Both the position numbers and the translations under genes were made by a program. 20,000 nucleotides of DNA from Psammoneis japonica (Eukaryota): assembly GCA_008632985.1 (NCBI GenBank), contig QPGO01000068.1, positions 357,564 through 377,563 on the forward strand. Direction: 5' to 3'. Below are positions 1 through 9,197 of the stretch, in pieces (position 1 is the first letter of the stretch; every line of letters starts with the position of its first letter). The notes below the pieces were generated by a model. It was not told the DNA's origin. It did no database searches and saw only the letters and a list, made by a program, of their open reading frames with translations.

Positions 1-192
1 CCGTCATAATGGATCAGAGGATCTTGACCATCTGGGCGTTTGTTCTCGATGCGGCTTGCAATCATATCATCAATGAGTCCTTCCTTCGGCATGATCCAGT
101 CTTTCATAGATGCAGAGTCGTCATACGAAGCAGCTTGAAATGCCATTACAAATCCCCAATCACCTCCAAAACTTGGAATATGAACAGAATAA
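1..192 (-). CDS. Thermospermine synthase-like gene, exon 2 (runs off window start)
   Basis: Intron 193-295 (GTGAGT...CCCAG) splices CC|T to continue in frame as P-YSVHIPSFGGDWGFVMAF...LIHYD, the conserved C-terminal part of this family. Confidence 0.88.
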
Positions 193-295
193 CTGGGCGT
201 TGAAGGTGAGGCTACTAGAGACTACTGCGAAGCTGTTGTTTTTGTAATGGAGTGGTGTAGACAATAAGAACAAAAAACAAAACAAAAACACTCAC

Positions 296-1059
296 GGGAC
301 AACGCAATCAAAGACATCTTGAAGTGTGTTTCGGATTGGACCATAACAAGATGAATCTTTCTCGCCCTCTTGCGCGTGAGCCGGTGGAACCGAGTCCGCG
401 GTACCTGCCTGCGTAACGAAAACACCATTGGGAGTAAGAAGGGTCTTGGCGTGCTGATAGAACTCTTTCGTGTATAGCATAATTCCCGGGCCAGCCTCAA
501 TTGGATCAGAAATATCCATGATTATTGCATCAAACGTCTCCTTTGTCTTCAAAAGATAGTCATGCGCATCACCGATGACTAACTCGAACCGAGGATCGTT
601 CATGACTACCTCACCTCCCCATTCTGGTAGATGCCTCCGACAGACTTCGATAACCTTCTCGTCCAAGTCTACCATGATTACACGTTCCACAGAAGTATGG
701 CGCAATACTTCTCTCGCTGTTGCAAGCTCTCCTCCGCCGCCAATAAAGACACTTCGAGGCACGGAGCTCTTGTCGCCTGATAGGAGAGCAGACTTGAGCA
801 GAGACGGATGGACCAAAGTCTCGTGATACACAAACTCATCAAATTGAGTGCTTTGCGTTTTTCCATCTGTGACAAGCGTTTTCCCAAAGTACGTTTCGAT
901 CACATCAATCTTTTGATATTCCGACGAAGTGGAGGCCAGGATTGCCTTCAGATCCACATCCGTTCGAAGCCCAGGCGCGATGTCTTCGATGAAGGTGAAG
1001 TTGGCCTTGTCCCGCTGCGCTTCAATGCCACCGCTACTGTCCTTAGCCTCATGTTCCAT
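296..1059 (-). CDS. Aminopropyltransferase, thermospermine synthase (ACL5)-like, exon 1
   Basis: Spermine/spermidine synthase motifs FGKTLVTDGKTQSTQFDEFVYHETLVHP, VFIGGGGELATAREVLRH, VDLDEKVI and DAIIMDISDPIEAGPGIMLYTKEFY, closest in style to ACL5. The ORF's apparent TGA lies inside a GTGAGT donor starting at 295. Confidence 0.9.
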
Positions 1060-1475
1060 GTTAGTTACTGTGCTTCAGAAGCTTCTGGACTTCATTCAAT
1101 CAATTGTTTTTGCATTTGTGCGACTACTCCTTCCTACAGTGGTACTTCGGGCTTGGAGGTCGGAATGTTGTGGGAACGAAGTGTGCGATGTACTTCTATG
1201 TACGATGTGCGGTGCAAACGTCGTGCTTGTTTTGTTCGTTTGGCTTTGTGCGCGCGGGGGGGGGGGGCGGGGGGTTGCAAATAAGTTGGTCGCGCACACG
1301 ACTGCTCCCCAACCTTTCATCTTTCATCCTTCGGTAGTTGTGCTTCCGCGCGGTGATTCGTTTTCTATTCTATTGTTTATTTCCTCGACTGTCACTCCAC
1401 TGCTATCGACTCTAACGAGAGACTACTAGTAGTTTCTATCTTCGTTAAAGGGATAGCCATCACTAAGACATTACT
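1060..1475. promoter_or_regulatory. Putative bidirectional promoter between the aminopropyltransferase and the kinase gene
   Basis: 416 bp between divergent ATGs. Contains a G12-C-G6 run (1256-1274) and a perfect 12-bp palindrome ACTACTAGTAGT (1422-1433). Confidence 0.5.
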
Positions 1476-4400
1476 ATGGATGCTCTCGTTAAAGAAATAT
1501 TTACTGCAGCGAACGTTGCGGAGGAAGAAAATTCCGAGAAAAAAGACGCGATGACTCGGTTGGAAGAGTGGCTGGATATGGAAGACAGCAGCGGCGCGTC
1601 GTCTGCAGCAATTACAACATGGACCCCGATGGATTCTCTAGCAACTTGCGACACTCCCCGCTTACTTATGGAAGACTGTGCACCGTTTTCTTGGAGGTTT
1701 TATCAAAGCGTTGGTCGCGTCGTCGTGGAGGCTTGGAACCCGGCTGCTGGCATAACAGATGATGGAGATGGGAAAGCTTTCGTCAACCGCAGCATTTTCT
1801 CGCCGCCATCGCCCAGTGACGCAGAAAATGCCCCACAGGATGTTTCTCTGTTTCAAATAAAATCAGTACGAGTGACAAGGTGGTTAAGGTATTGGATGGA
1901 CTTGAATGTGATGGGCGCAAGTTCTTCGGATACTGCATTGACGACGTTTTCTCAGCTTCTGCTAAGACACTGCGAAGGGAATACATCGACCACAGCAAGT
2001 TCCAGTGATGACGTAAACGAGAAAGAGAAGAACACTATGAATATTGGGAATGGGGGAGAACAACGCAAAGTACCCCGAGTTCATGTTTTGAAAGCACTGT
2101 TTCACCATATTGCAATGTTGCCTCAGATGCAACATCAAATCCATGTGTACACGCAGTCCCTACTCAAAAGCAACAGCAGCAGCCCCAACGGCTCGTCTTC
2201 CAAACTTTCCAATACTCGTCTGGAACAGCTTCAAGCTGCCAACAAAATGACAGATAAGCTGACAGCGGAGTTCGACCTGCATCGTCAACACTTAGAGGAT
2301 ATCTTGGGTGAATGGTATTCAGTCTGCAACTCCACTCTACGAGCCTCTTGTAAGGCACATCTTGGTCGTATTTGGCAAGAATTTATTTATGTTACCTCGC
2401 ATCGAAGTGGTGGCGTGGGTATGGGAAGAATGGAAAACACAAGTGCATGCGGGATAGATTTGACGTTGAGAGTTCTGAACCGTATTCTCCTCGGTGGCAC
2501 GGAATCGTCGTCGCTGAACTCATCCACTGAACATTTGCTTTTCGATGTACTTATTCCACTACACAAACCGTCTGGAATGATACTTTGGCGAGACCAAACT
2601 CCTCTTTTGGATCTCTACCACAAACCTCTGGTTCAATGCATCGGAACCATCCTTCAGAGAAACACTCTTCTTATTCCCAGGGTGGTGTCGCAAATGTTGC
2701 AACCCGACATCTGGCCCTCGAGTCAAGGCGTAGGCTCTGCTTCGGCAAACACACCCAAGGTTGTACTACTATTGCATGAAATCGACACATTTCTCAGTCT
2801 GCTATCAGTGGAAAAAGACAAGGCTGTGATTGATGCCTTTGGCGAAACCGTTGGACCTCTGACGGTGCGCTTGGCGAGCTGTATTTCATCGGACAATTCT
2901 CGCATGTCCGAACAGGCGTTGCAATTTTTCAAGAATGATGTATTTGCGTTTGTGATCAAGCATCATCTATTCGAGACTCTTCCGACACTACTCCGAGCGC
3001 TTTGTCGGACATCTGATCAAATGCAGTTGCCTTGGAACCCAACGGTGCGAAAAATGACTCGACTGGTTCTTCAGGAATTAGAGGGATACGACGAAGATGC
3101 CTTTGCGAAAGCTTGTCATTCCTTGTTCTCATCGGATCTCCCAAATCGAGCTCCTCCCAACGAGGATAAGAAAGAGGCTTCAATTAAACCAGCTGCTCGA
3201 GAAGGGACTGCAACGACAATGAACGAAAAGCAAGACAACGTAGCACCAGTCAAGGACTTTTCCTTGCGTGCAGGTATGGGGAGCTGGAAACCACCATCGC
3301 AGACACGTCGAAGTCACCCAATGAACAAAATGCTACCGCCTCCCGCTAGGTCACCCAGAAGTGGCGGAAAACAGCAACCACCATTGACTGTTACCGGCGT
3401 TGCACCATGGGCCGTGTCCTCCCAACCACCGGGTAGAGATTCTTCGGGTAATCCTCCCCTTACTGTAACGGGCGTTGCGCCTTGGGCAAGTCATCCACCA
3501 CCTTCAGGCTCTATGCGTCCTCCCAGAAAACGAGCCGTGGCTGCGAACGGATTACCACATCGACCAGGTCGCCCGCTCACGGAACAAAACAGCCAGTCAG
3601 CTACGCCCACACTTGATGATTCCGTGCCAACCCCAATCATAGAAGAAGAGGAGGAGGAAGTTGACAACAAGGAAAATGCCGGTCTGGCCAAGGTTCACTG
3701 GTACATGGACAAGCTCAAGCCAGATTCGTCGTCCGATCAAGACGAGGAAGGAACTTCGTCATGGGCACTGGCACAAATGTCAGAATCACCCACACTGCTA
3801 CCCACCTTAAAGTTTCACGATTTGGTGTTTGGTCAAGACCTGGGAAGCGGCGCTTTTGGAATTGTCAGATATGCGCGGCAAATTATCAAGAGCAAGACCC
3901 GCTCACACTGGCCCGAGTACGCTGTCAAGATTGTTAGCACTCAACGTATCGATGAAATGGGGTACGAACAATCGATCAATCGCGAAATCGCAACGCTGCG
4001 GCAAATGTCCCATCCAGGTATTGCTCGGCTCATTTCGTCCTTTCGTTTCCGTGATGGAGCCTACCTTGTGTTGGAATATGCCAGTGGCGGAGATTTGCAC
4101 ACGCTTCTAAAGAATAGTGGATCGCTGGATCAAGACTCTACAAAGTTTGTTGTTGGATCCATTGTAGCTGCATTGGGTAGCATACACGACATGGGCTTTG
4201 TCTACGGAGATTTGAAGCCAGAGAACGTCCTTATAACTGAGACAAATCATATCAAGCTAACTGATTTCGGTGGCTGTCGACCCGTGACATATCACGCTAA
4301 GGAACTGATCCGTTTCAGTGGTAAGAACGCTCTCAAGGAACTGCGCGATGGAGATTGGAAACCGCAAAACAAACCAAAGGACGGAAAGCCCAGCAGCACT

Positions 4401-5078
4401 TGGTCTGCTGGCAATGATAAAGATACAAACAATATGGATTTAGAAGAAGGGGAGGACGAAGAAGATCATAGAATAGAAGGCACCACGGCCTATCTTCCTC
4501 CCGAAGTTGTGATTGGTGCCAGACCCACACTCGCCGCGGATTCCTGGGCTCTCGGCTGCGTCATGTATCAGTGCCTCTCAGGCCGTCCTCCGCTCCTTGA
4601 AGACGACGATGAAATGACTCGAAACAAGATTGTTGCATTTCACCTGTCTCAGCAAGAGCATCATACCCGCGACGCTCTTTTTGAAGATGATCAAACGACC
4701 TTTACTCCGGAAGCACGAGCGCTGGTACTAGGATTGTTGCATCGCGAACCAGCCAGTCGACCAAACATGCCCCAAGTAGCCGAAGACCCATTCTTTGAAG
4801 GCGTGGATGTTCTTTCGTTGCACAAGCACCCTGGCCACCCCCTCGACGTGGGTAGTGTGGCACCCGTGGCAGACGCCAAGTGGTCCCGCAGGCAATTCAG
4901 CTCCATCTGGGCACCTCAGCCCGAGGCCTACATTATCAGCGCACCATCGAGTGACAAGACAATGGGCCCTTCTCAGAACGGCCCAATCCCAGAGGGAGAA
5001 GAAGCTAATGCGTTCTTCTCCAAGAGCCATCAACATTCGTCGTTTGGCAACATTCCAGAAAATGTCCCAGTTTCATAA
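1476..5078 (+). CDS. 1200-aa protein: PP2A regulatory subunit B56(B')-like helical domain, Pro-rich linker, AGC/PDK1-like Ser/Thr kinase domain
   Basis: Uninterrupted ORF. B56-like motifs at ~2440-3115: VLIPLHK, LYHKPLVQCI, WP...NTPKVVLLLHEIDTFL, CISSDNSRMSEQALQFFKN, WNPTVRKMT. Kinase motifs at ~3805-4800: LGSGAFGIV, YAVKI, LVLEYASGGDL, YGDLKPEN, DFG, GTTAYLPPE, DSWALGCVMY. Confidence 0.9.
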   Translation: MDALVKEIFTAANVAEEENSEKKDAMTRLEEWLDMEDSSGASSAAITTWTPMDSLATCDTPRLLMEDCAPFSWRFYQSVGRVVVEAWNPAAGITDDGDGKAFVNRSIFSPPSPSDAENAPQDVSLFQIKSVRVTRWLRYWMDLNVMGASSSDTALTTFSQLLLRHCEGNTSTTASSSDDVNEKEKNTMNIGNGGEQRKVPRVHVLKALFHHIAMLPQMQHQIHVYTQSLLKSNSSSPNGSSSKLSNTRLEQLQAANKMTDKLTAEFDLHRQHLEDILGEWYSVCNSTLRASCKAHLGRIWQEFIYVTSHRSGGVGMGRMENTSACGIDLTLRVLNRILLGGTESSSLNSSTEHLLFDVLIPLHKPSGMILWRDQTPLLDLYHKPLVQCIGTILQRNTLLIPRVVSQMLQPDIWPSSQGVGSASANTPKVVLLLHEIDTFLSLLSVEKDKAVIDAFGETVGPLTVRLASCISSDNSRMSEQALQFFKNDVFAFVIKHHLFETLPTLLRALCRTSDQMQLPWNPTVRKMTRLVLQELEGYDEDAFAKACHSLFSSDLPNRAPPNEDKKEASIKPAAREGTATTMNEKQDNVAPVKDFSLRAGMGSWKPPSQTRRSHPMNKMLPPPARSPRSGGKQQPPLTVTGVAPWAVSSQPPGRDSSGNPPLTVTGVAPWASHPPPSGSMRPPRKRAVAANGLPHRPGRPLTEQNSQSATPTLDDSVPTPIIEEEEEEVDNKENAGLAKVHWYMDKLKPDSSSDQDEEGTSSWALAQMSESPTLLPTLKFHDLVFGQDLGSGAFGIVRYARQIIKSKTRSHWPEYAVKIVSTQRIDEMGYEQSINREIATLRQMSHPGIARLISSFRFRDGAYLVLEYASGGDLHTLLKNSGSLDQDSTKFVVGSIVAALGSIHDMGFVYGDLKPENVLITETNHIKLTDFGGCRPVTYHAKELIRFSGKNALKELRDGDWKPQNKPKDGKPSSTWSAGNDKDTNNMDLEEGEDEEDHRIEGTTAYLPPEVVIGARPTLAADSWALGCVMYQCLSGRPPLLEDDDEMTRNKIVAFHLSQQEHHTRDALFEDDQTTFTPEARALVLGLLHREPASRPNMPQVAEDPFFEGVDVLSLHKHPGHPLDVGSVAPVADAKWSRRQFSSIWAPQPEAYIISAPSSDKTMGPSQNGPIPEGEEANAFFSKSHQHSSFGNIPENVPVS

Positions 5079-5187
5079 GATTAGACTAGAGGGTCGCTTC
5101 GAGCTATCTACTACCTACTAGTTACTAGAAAGCGCACACAATACACCAGTCATTCTTTCTTTTTCAGTTTTACTTATTATTTGCAAG

Positions 5188-5739
5188 TTAACCAAAGTAG
5201 GTGGTGGGCCTGACAGTCGTAAAGGTACGATCAGAAAGAGCCTTTTGTCCGCGCTTTCCTGATGCCACCCTGTGGCTGAGAGGGAACTTGACCTGACTCT
5301 TGGCAAACTGCATACCATTCGTACGCTTCAAATCCTTGGCTCCCAAGACACTCGTCCTAATGATTTGAATAGAACGGGGACGAGTGCGGTGCCTTCCCGC
5401 CATTTCATCGTACAGCTGCGACACGGCGCCCGTGATGGACACGTCACGATACTCTCGGTACATATTGTGCGTGCCGGACCGAGACGAGTAGCGGAGCCAA
5501 ATGCCGTAATTCTTGACAATGCGCGAGTTCTTTTCGACAATCTCCACAACGTCCAGAATTTCACCAGTCGTCTTTTTCATCTTGCGAAATTGATGGAGGT
5601 AATACCAGAACTTGGACTTGGCAATCACCTGGTTGGGAGCAAAGATGATCATGCGGTAAGCCTCGGGGTTGGCATCGTCTTCGGTGGGGGCTTTACGGCC
5701 CACCACCTGATATTGGCGCATAACTCCTGCAACAGTCAT
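5188..5739 (-). CDS. RPL18A: 60S ribosomal protein L18a (eL20)
   Basis: MRQYQVVGRK, IFAPNQVIAKSKFWY, KMKKTTGEIL, VKNYGIWLRYSSRSGTHNMYREYRD, MAGRHR, KFPLSHR and RPTTYF are hallmark eL20 motifs. Confidence 0.97.
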   Translation of the reverse strand: MTVAGVMRQYQVVGRKAPTEDDANPEAYRMIIFAPNQVIAKSKFWYYLHQFRKMKKTTGEILDVVEIVEKNSRIVKNYGIWLRYSSRSGTHNMYREYRDVSITGAVSQLYDEMAGRHRTRPRSIQIIRTSVLGAKDLKRTNGMQFAKSQVKFPLSHRVASGKRGQKALSDRTFTTVRPTTYFG

Positions 5740-5740
5740 T

Positions 5741-6072
5741 CTGGAAAAGAGAAAAAATTAAAGTAAGAGAGGGTCAGCTGTGAATTGACTTTTGCGTGTT
5801 GTTGTGAGGGAAAAAAGTGGGCTCAGATCCAGATCATGATTTCTGAGCAGGTTGTTCGAGAAAACAATCACAACGACGGTGTTTCTTTTCACATTGTCAT
5901 CAGAGCGACTCAGAAAAACACACGCCATGAAGCATACAAGAACGACTGACTCTATATCAGCGAGTTTTCAACAAACGTCGAGCCGTCGATATAAACACAG
6001 TCATGGTCGCACCTTGCAGAGATTTGCGTCTCGCAGTTCGAGCGGCGATGTGAAATCTCGTGTACAACTCAC
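5741..6072 (-). other. Probable 5'UTR intron of RPL18A
   Basis: On the minus strand: GTGAGT donor at 6072, branch-like GCTGAC near 5775, long polypyrimidine tract and TTTTCCAG acceptor ending at 5741, one nt before the ATG. Confidence 0.7.
5821..5906 (-). ncRNA. Candidate intronic box C/D snoRNA
   Basis: Minus strand GCTC-TGATGA (box C, 5902-5897) ... CTGA-GC (box D, 5826-5823), 86 nt, ending ~80 nt upstream of the 3' splice site of a ribosomal protein intron. No rRNA target recognised. Confidence 0.35.
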
Positions 6073-6373
6073 GTAGAACCAGTGTTGAACAGCGCAAGTA
6101 AGCGGTAACCTGTTGCTACCATACGCGCGTTCCTTCCAACAAAATCGCGCTTGAAGAATCATCAATCTGTGTGTCAGTTTGACCATTTTGTGGTGTTTAG
6201 TGACCGTTCCACTTTGAGACAAAAAAGCGGCGCGCGGACACCAAAAATCTTCAGAAGCACATGGCGTTCGCTGGTACAAAAATGACGTAGAATCTACGTA
6301 GGCACTGAAAAGTAAAACTCTTTTTCAATCCATATTTTTGTTGTTGCTGAAGTTGTTGTCAAGCTCTGTTACC
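6073..6373. promoter_or_regulatory. Putative bidirectional promoter and 5'UTRs for RPL18A and SUMO
   Basis: About 300 bp between the RPL18A intron donor and the SUMO ATG, divergent orientation. Confidence 0.5.
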
Positions 6374-6796
6374 ATGTCGGACGAAGCCGCTGTCGGAGAA
6401 GAAACCAAAGCAGACGGATCTGAGCCCATTACGATCCGTGTCCGTGATCAGGTATGGCGATACGGTAGAGAGCGCGTTGTGCTTTGGCTACGAACTACCG
6501 ATGAGAAGCTCCATGACCGTGGACGCGATTTTAGGCGTGAAACACTCACACACACGCGCTTGCTTGTTTGCTTTTTTCTACTGTAGACCGGCGAAGAGAC
6601 GTTTTTCAAGATCAAAAAGACGACGAAACTGTCCAAAGTCTTTGATACCTACGCTTCGCGAAAGGGCGTTCAATCCACATCGCTACGCTTCTTGATGGAC
6701 GGCGAACGTGTCGAGGGAGATCAAACACCCAAAATGCTCGAGTTGGAAGATCAGGATCAGATCGATTGCATGTTGGAACAGACGGGTGGAATGTAG
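6374..6796 (+). CDS. SUMO: SUMO (small ubiquitin-like modifier), 95 aa; exons 6374-6451 and 6587-6796
   Basis: Intron 6452-6586 (GTATGG...CTGTAG). Spliced product MSDEAAVGEETKADGSEPITIRVRDQ-TGEETFFKIKKTTKLSKVFDTYASRKGVQSTSLRFLMDGERVEGDQTPKMLELEDQDQIDCMLEQTGG-M* has the SUMO QTGG end. Confidence 0.96.
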
Positions 6797-7700
6797 AGAA
6801 TACGAGAGTATGTTATGATGTGGTGTTGTGTGGTTGTACGGTGATTGGTGGATCAAGCACACAGCGGTAGTTCTTTGTAATGCTTATTGTAGTCGGGTAT
6901 GATTTGCAAAACAAGCTCTGTGTTCTTGGCTATCCTTTCCGTATGATTGCGTGTTGGTGGAATACAAGACTTACGCCAGACATGTATAAGTACCCTTGTT
7001 GCGTTGCTCGAATCTGCAGCGCTATTTTGAATTTTGATTCGAATTTGGCGTCGTCGAGAGCAACGCTAGAAACGAAAGACCGTTGTGCGCTATGTTAAAT
7101 ACTTGAGGGTTCAGATCCTTTTCTCTCACGTCCAACTAACCGAGTCAATGTATTACGAAAAAATGGAATCCAGAAGCTAGAGTATGCCGTGTACGGGTAG
7201 AATCTACTGTGGTTATTTCAACCTGGAAGAGGTCGTCCTGTGAACGGCACTTGTAATCTTACGAAAGTACAAAGACCAACTTTTCAAAAGAAACAGGAGT
7301 AGGCGGAATCAGAGAGTATTTCCGTACATGTTGAGTGACTTAAAACCCTCTCAAAAAGAAGATAGGCAGGCGGGCAAATCCCTTTGAACCAGAATCCCGG
7401 ACTCCTATAATCTAGAAAAGTGACGACACGGCAGAACGAATCTAACGCTCTCAATCTTAAAAGAAACATTGACACTAAAAATCCGCATCAAGCTTGCGGC
7501 CTCGTTGAAGGATGATGTATAGCTGGGGTATCTCTACTAGCCCTAGAGCTTGAGCTGCTGTACAGACGATGGACAGCAGAAGTAGATGAATTACTTCTGT
7601 GCAGGTGCACAAATCAAGCAATGCTTCCGATGGATTGTGCTTCTGTAAAACGTCAGTGTTGTTCTTATTGTAGAGCATTTGACACTCTATCTACCGGCAG

Positions 7701-7748
7701 TAGCTAGCTACAACTGCTCTAGAGCTCTACTCTCTCTACTAGAGCAGT
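7701..7748. repeat. CTAG-rich palindrome and inverted repeat at the host/repeat boundary
   Basis: TAGCTAGCTA palindrome (7701-7710), plus ACTGCTCTAG (7713-7722) / CTAGAGCAGT (7739-7748), a perfect 10-bp inverted repeat. Confidence 0.8.
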
Positions 7749-7789
7749 AATAGAGACAACATAGAGTGGCGCAGCACGCTCCTTCTTGT

Positions 7790-8841
7790 GCGCAGTTTCC
7801 CGACGTCACAGCTCTTCGCCTGCAATTTTTTGCCTCAGTGGCTGGAAGTGGCTCTTGCAGCTTGTTGGCTCTCATTTCTTAGTTCTCACTTGCATCTTCT
7901 GAGTGTTCCAACCATTCGGTTTTGTCATGGGAAGCAAACAACTCTCCAGCTGGCTCTTGGGTTTTGCCTGCTCACGTGTCGCACCCACAATTCCGTGGTG
8001 ACCCCCTGTCACTCCAGTTGTGTTGAGAGCCCCTGCAACCAACATTTTTCCTGGCCAGCACAGTGAGATCTTTCGTTTGTGCATGTCAAAAGGGGGTGGG
8101 AAAATGAAAAATTGATGTTTTACAAGTCTGGATTTCTTTGCTCTGCCTTGAATTGCTTGCATTCTGTGACCATGCACCGCATGATTGTCCATGTGCAACG
8201 TGCGCACTCAGCATTTTTTAGCCTTTTCATTGCCCCAGCTCTTCTGTCACTTGTTGCTTCAGTGGCTGTTTGATGCAAGTGCTTGAGACACTGAGGTCAA
8301 AGCCAGAAGAATGAGGGGGCACTCTTGCCAACACAAACAGCAGCCTGGTTTGTGGGGCCAGCCACACCACACTCTTCCTTGAGCTTGCATTTTGTCAACA
8401 AGACACCACACATGCAGCAGCTTGCCTCTGCTGCAATGTTTCAAAGCAGGAGGCTGTTTTGATGACAGTTGTTTGCTGAGAATGTGACATTTTGTGAGAT
8501 TGCCCAACAACTGGGAAATGCACCTTGCAATGCTGCAAAGGAACACCTGGCAAAAAGACCCCCTGTTCTGGGACAAAAAGTGGTGTGCATTTTCAAAATT
8601 TTTGTGCTCTGGCCCATGCTGCTGGCTGGTTTTAATTCGTTCAAATGAACTTCAATCACAACTTGCACACCCGCTGATGCTGGTCCCTTCACTGTTGTCA
8701 AGGTTGCTGTGGGGCCATCCATTTGCAAGTCAATGTCATGACACCACAGGCAGCGGGGAGAGGGGCTGGGTGGAACATTTTCACAGTCCAAGCAGTCTGG
8801 GCAATGCTCTTTTTTGATTTTGGGATGCACCTTGTTGTGCC
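7790..8841. repeat. Degenerate unidentified repeat/TE remnant, strongly depleted in both TpA and CpG
   Basis: Only ~4 TpA and very few CpG (none seen in 8221-8630). Minus-strand Cys/His-rich ORF fragments (8441-8830, 8259-8576) with no recognised family. Confidence 0.5.
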
Positions 8842-9029
8842 TGACAGGATGCCGAAGGTCAATGATGACAGATGCATGAAAGACTCCCCAAGCGCCAGGG
8901 ACTGTGATGACACGAGCACTGGCAGATGAGAAAGTGAGAGGCAGATCTCAGAGAGATCTGCTCGTCTGTCTAAATGGTCTGGTCATCATCCATGTGCAGT
9001 CTGTCCATCACATGACATGCAGACTGACA
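8842..9029 (-). repeat. Putative 3' LTR of element 1
   Basis: Minus-strand TGTCAG starts directly after the PPT at 9029 and a plausible ...CTGTCA end lies at 8842. Internal hairpins GCAGATCTC-aga-GAGATCTGC (8941-8961) and CAGTCTG/CAGACTG. The 8842 end is uncertain because the second LTR is not in the window. Confidence 0.6.
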
Positions 9030-9038
9030 CCCTCCCCT
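9030..9038 (-). other. Polypurine tract of element 1
   Basis: AGGGGAGGG immediately followed by TG, about 160 nt after the pol stop. Confidence 0.75.
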
Positions 9039-9197
9039 GATCTGCAATGTCTCAAAATAGAAGACAGTGTAGATCAAAACAAGAACAGGGATGATGCAAA
9101 TGGAGCAACCAGAAGAAGGACACCAAAGGTGTCCAAGCCCAATGCGCATCAAACAACGGGGCAATGCGCAGCAGGAGAGGCTGCCATGGAAAAAATG

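Noticed and set aside
808..1429. ORFs 808-1284, 929-1429, 1096-1320 and 1104-1337
   Set aside because: They overlap the aminopropyltransferase antisense strand or the promoter G-run and have no protein-like features.
5272..5766. 164-aa ORF antisense to RPL18A
   Set aside because: Mirror frame of a codon-biased gene with no recognisable motifs.
6073..6122. Upstream in-frame ATG (6122) that would add 17 aa to RPL18A after splicing
   Set aside because: eL20 homology starts near the 5739 ATG, and the upstream ATG probably lies before the transcription start. No support from the sequence alone.
6338..6695. ORFs 6338-6586 and 6438-6695
   Set aside because: Unspliced or off-frame readings of the two-exon SUMO gene.
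6880..7678. Short ORFs downstream of SUMO
   Set aside because: 63-72 aa, with no motifs or convincing splice structure. Treated as UTR or intergenic DNA.
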